Of a stretch of DNA of 64,000 bases, positions 61,603 through 64,000 are shown one piece after another; position 1 is the stretch's first letter; each line of letters opens with the position of its first letter. The DNA lies in the NCBI GenBank assembly GCA_963702845.1, contig OY969763.1, forward strand, positions 5,824,001 through 5,888,000. Reading direction: 5' to 3'. Origin of the DNA: an uncultured Verrucomicrobiae bacterium. Lineage in GTDB: Bacteria > Verrucomicrobiota > Verrucomicrobiia > Limisphaerales > Palsa-1400. The notes beneath the pieces are model-generated. The model did no database searches, was not told the DNA's origin, and worked only from the letters and a program-made list of their open reading frames with translations. A program made the translations under genes and the position numbers.

Positions 61603-62509
61603 GCGCCCTGTTCCAGCCGCGCGATGCGTTCTTCGAGCGGCGGGTGCGTGGCGAGGAGCATCATCATGCCGCCGGTCTTGCCTGAAATCTTCAGCGCCTG
61701 AAACGCGGGTTGCTGCTGACCGCCTGGTCGAATCCTCGTTCGTGATACGCCTGCAGCGCTTGAGAGCTGAGATCATGTTGCCGCGTCCGGCATATTTTGC
61801 ACCGCCGGCGTCGGCGCGGAACTCGCGCCAGCGCGAGAACCAGCAGATGACAACCATGCCGAAAACCGAGAAGGCGATTTGGAACACTTGCACGAGCATG
61901 AAATAGGCGAACGTGTTTCCACCGCGGTTATCGTCGTTGCCGCGTGAAGTCAACGCCATCGCAGCTATGCGCGCAAAGAACATGACGAAGGCGTTCACGA
62001 CGCCTTGAATGAGGGTCATCGTGACCATGTCGCCGTTGGCGATGTGCGCGATTTCGTGGCCGAGCACGCCTTCGACTTCGGTCTGGTTCATGTGATTGAG
62101 CAGACCACTGGAAGCAGGCGACGAGTGAGCGTGAACGGCTCGGGCCGGTGGCGAACGCGTTGACTTCGGGGGATTCGTAGAAGCCGACTTCGGGCATGGT
62201 GGTGAGCCCGGCGTTGCGCGCGAGTTGATGGACGGTTTCAACGAGACGACGCGCCGAGGCATCAGTGGTGTCCGCATGAATGACTTTCACGCCCATCATC
62301 CACTTAGCCATGACGCGCGAGAGTAGCAGGGAAATGACCGAGCCGACCATGCCCCAGATGAGGCAGAAGAAAAGCAGGCCGACGAAGTTACCGCCACCGA
62401 TGCGCGCGGGCACGTGGAACAAACTCAGGACGAGGGTGATGGTCGCGATCACCAAAACGTTCACCATCATGAAGAGGAAAACTCGTTTGGCGATTTGGGC
62501 AAATTTCAT
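61599..62509 (-). CDS. htpX: Zinc metalloprotease HtpX (frameshifted)
   Basis: NAFATG, HEIAHIANGDMVTMTL, FSRWREFRAD, THPPLEERI. Confidence 0.92.
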
Positions 62510-62580
62510 ATTCTTCCGTTTATTGGACTGACACGAGGTCAGTCGCGTTCGATGCAAGCTAATCCGCGGCGACGACGAAA

Positions 62581-64000
62581 TCAAGATTGTCGCGGTAAGT
62601 GCCTGCGGCGCCACAAGGTATAAATGACGGGATAGAGCAGGAGTTCGAGGACGGCGCTCGTCACAATGCCACCGATCATCGGTGCGGCAATGCGTTTCAT
62701 CACGTCGGCACCGGCTTGATGGGTGGGCGACCACATGATCGGCAACAGGCCGAAGAGGATGGCGCAAACGGTCATGATTTTTGGGCGGATGCGGTGGACG
62801 GCGCCTTCGATGACGGCTTCGCGCAGGTCGCTGGTTGTGTTCATGCGGCCGAGCTTTGGCGAACTTGTCCCACGCGTGGTCGAGATAGAGAAGCATGACG
62901 ACGCCGGTCTCAGCGTCGAGGCCGGCGAGTGCGATGATGCCGACCCACACGGCTGGGCTGAGATTGTAGCCGAGCAGGTAGAGGAACCAGAACGCGCCGA
63001 CGAGCGAGAACGGGACGGCGAGCAGGACGATGGCGGTGCGCGTGACGGATTGGGTGTTGATGAAGATGAGGACGAAAATCAGGAGCAGCGTGAGTGGGAT
63101 GACGAGCTTGAGGCGTTGTTCGGTGCTCTTGAGATATTCGAATTGGCCGGCCCATTGGACGTAGTAGCCGGGTGGGAATTTCACTTGATCACTGATTCGC
63201 TTGGCCGCGGATTGGACGTAGCCGTCGATGTTGTCGGTGGTGACGTCGACAAAGACAAAGCCGACGAGTTGGCCGTTTTCATTGCGGATGGAGGGTGGGC
63301 CGGTTTTGAATTCGATGTCGGCGAGCATGGAGATGGGGATGTGGGTGATTGAGGGATTGGCCTCCTCTCCCCGGGCCTGTCCTCCCTTGGGTGAGGAGAG
63401 GAAAGAGGACATTGGAACTGGCACGAGGACGCGTTTGAGGGCGTCGAGGTTTTCGCGGAAGTCGCGTGCGTAGCGGACTTGAATGGGATAACGCTCGCGG
63501 CCCTCGACAGTCGTGGAAACGGTTTTTCCGCCGATGGCACTTTCGACGATGTTGTTGACGTCGCCAACGGTCAGGCCATAGCGCGCGGCGGCTTCGCGCT
63601 TCACTTTGAAATCGAGGAAGTAACCGCCCATTGGACGTTCGGCGAAAACGCTGCGAGTATCGGGTTGGTCGGCGAGAGCTTTTTCAATTTGCAACGCGAC
63701 TTGTTCGATGCCGGCGAGGTCGGGACCAAACACTTTGATACCGAGTTTGGTGCGGAAACCGGTGGTGAGCATGTCGGTGCGCGTCTGAATGGGCATCCAG
63801 AATTGGTTGGCCATGCCGGGCATTTGCAGCTTGTCATTGAGTTCGGCGATGAGCTTTTCCCAGGTCAATCCTGCGCGCCATTGCTCGTGCGGTTTGAGCG
63901 TGACGACGGTTTCGAACATGGAGAGTGGCGCGGGATCGGTGGGTGTGTCCGCCTGGCCGGCTTTGCCAAAAACGGTGTCCACTTCAGGAACGGTGCGGAG
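62581..64000 (-). CDS. cusA: CusA/CzcA heavy-metal efflux RND permease, C-terminal part; frameshift near 62855
   Basis: TDPAPLSMFET, PIQTR.DML.TG, WAGQFEY, AETGVVML, RPKIMT, MKRIAAPMIGG. Confidence 0.92.
63361..63401. repeat. REP-like palindrome within the cusA coding sequence
   Basis: cctcctctccccgggcctgtcctcccttgggtgaggagagg, translated as LSSPKGGQARGEE. Confidence 0.55.

Noticed and set aside
61928..63982. CusA-HtpX fusion shown in the ORF track (also the 58512..59564 and 61045..62277 chimeras)
   Set aside because: Artefacts of frameshifts; each gene has its own start and stop in other frames.

Overview
GC-rich bacterial chromosomal segment. The gene content and repeat style suggest Verrucomicrobiota (Pedosphaerales-like); this is an inference. 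Housekeeping genes include maf, yicC-gmk, folD, rluB, rpsP-khpA-trmD-rplS, cysE, mscL, trxB, dacB, htpX and a partial cusA. Accessory blocks: (1) 1-8.5 kb, a di-heme-b-like membrane protein, a membrane-anchored 10-CxxCH cytochrome c, a double GlcG/HbpS heme-binding protein and two likely outer-membrane beta-barrels, forming a candidate trans-envelope electron conduit. (2) 14.2-20.8 kb, an island with an orphan Mu-type terminase pair (gp27-like and gp28-like) but no portal, capsid or integrase. The large-subunit gene is bracketed exactly by 69-bp inverted repeats and carries an in-frame palindromic insertion. DUF2971, TIR-like and unknown genes lie next to it. (3) Large secreted proteins (PATR repeats; LamG-Ig-cohesin-dockerin). 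(4) Signalling and sugar-utilisation genes. Intergenic DNA holds many GTAG-type REP-like palindromes and a recurring motif of an A-tract followed by phased 10-bp repeats. Single-base frameshifts hit even conserved genes, mainly at 3.9-6.5 kb and 53.9-63 kb, and most likely reflect sequencing or assembly error. No rRNA, tRNA or CRISPR array was recognised.
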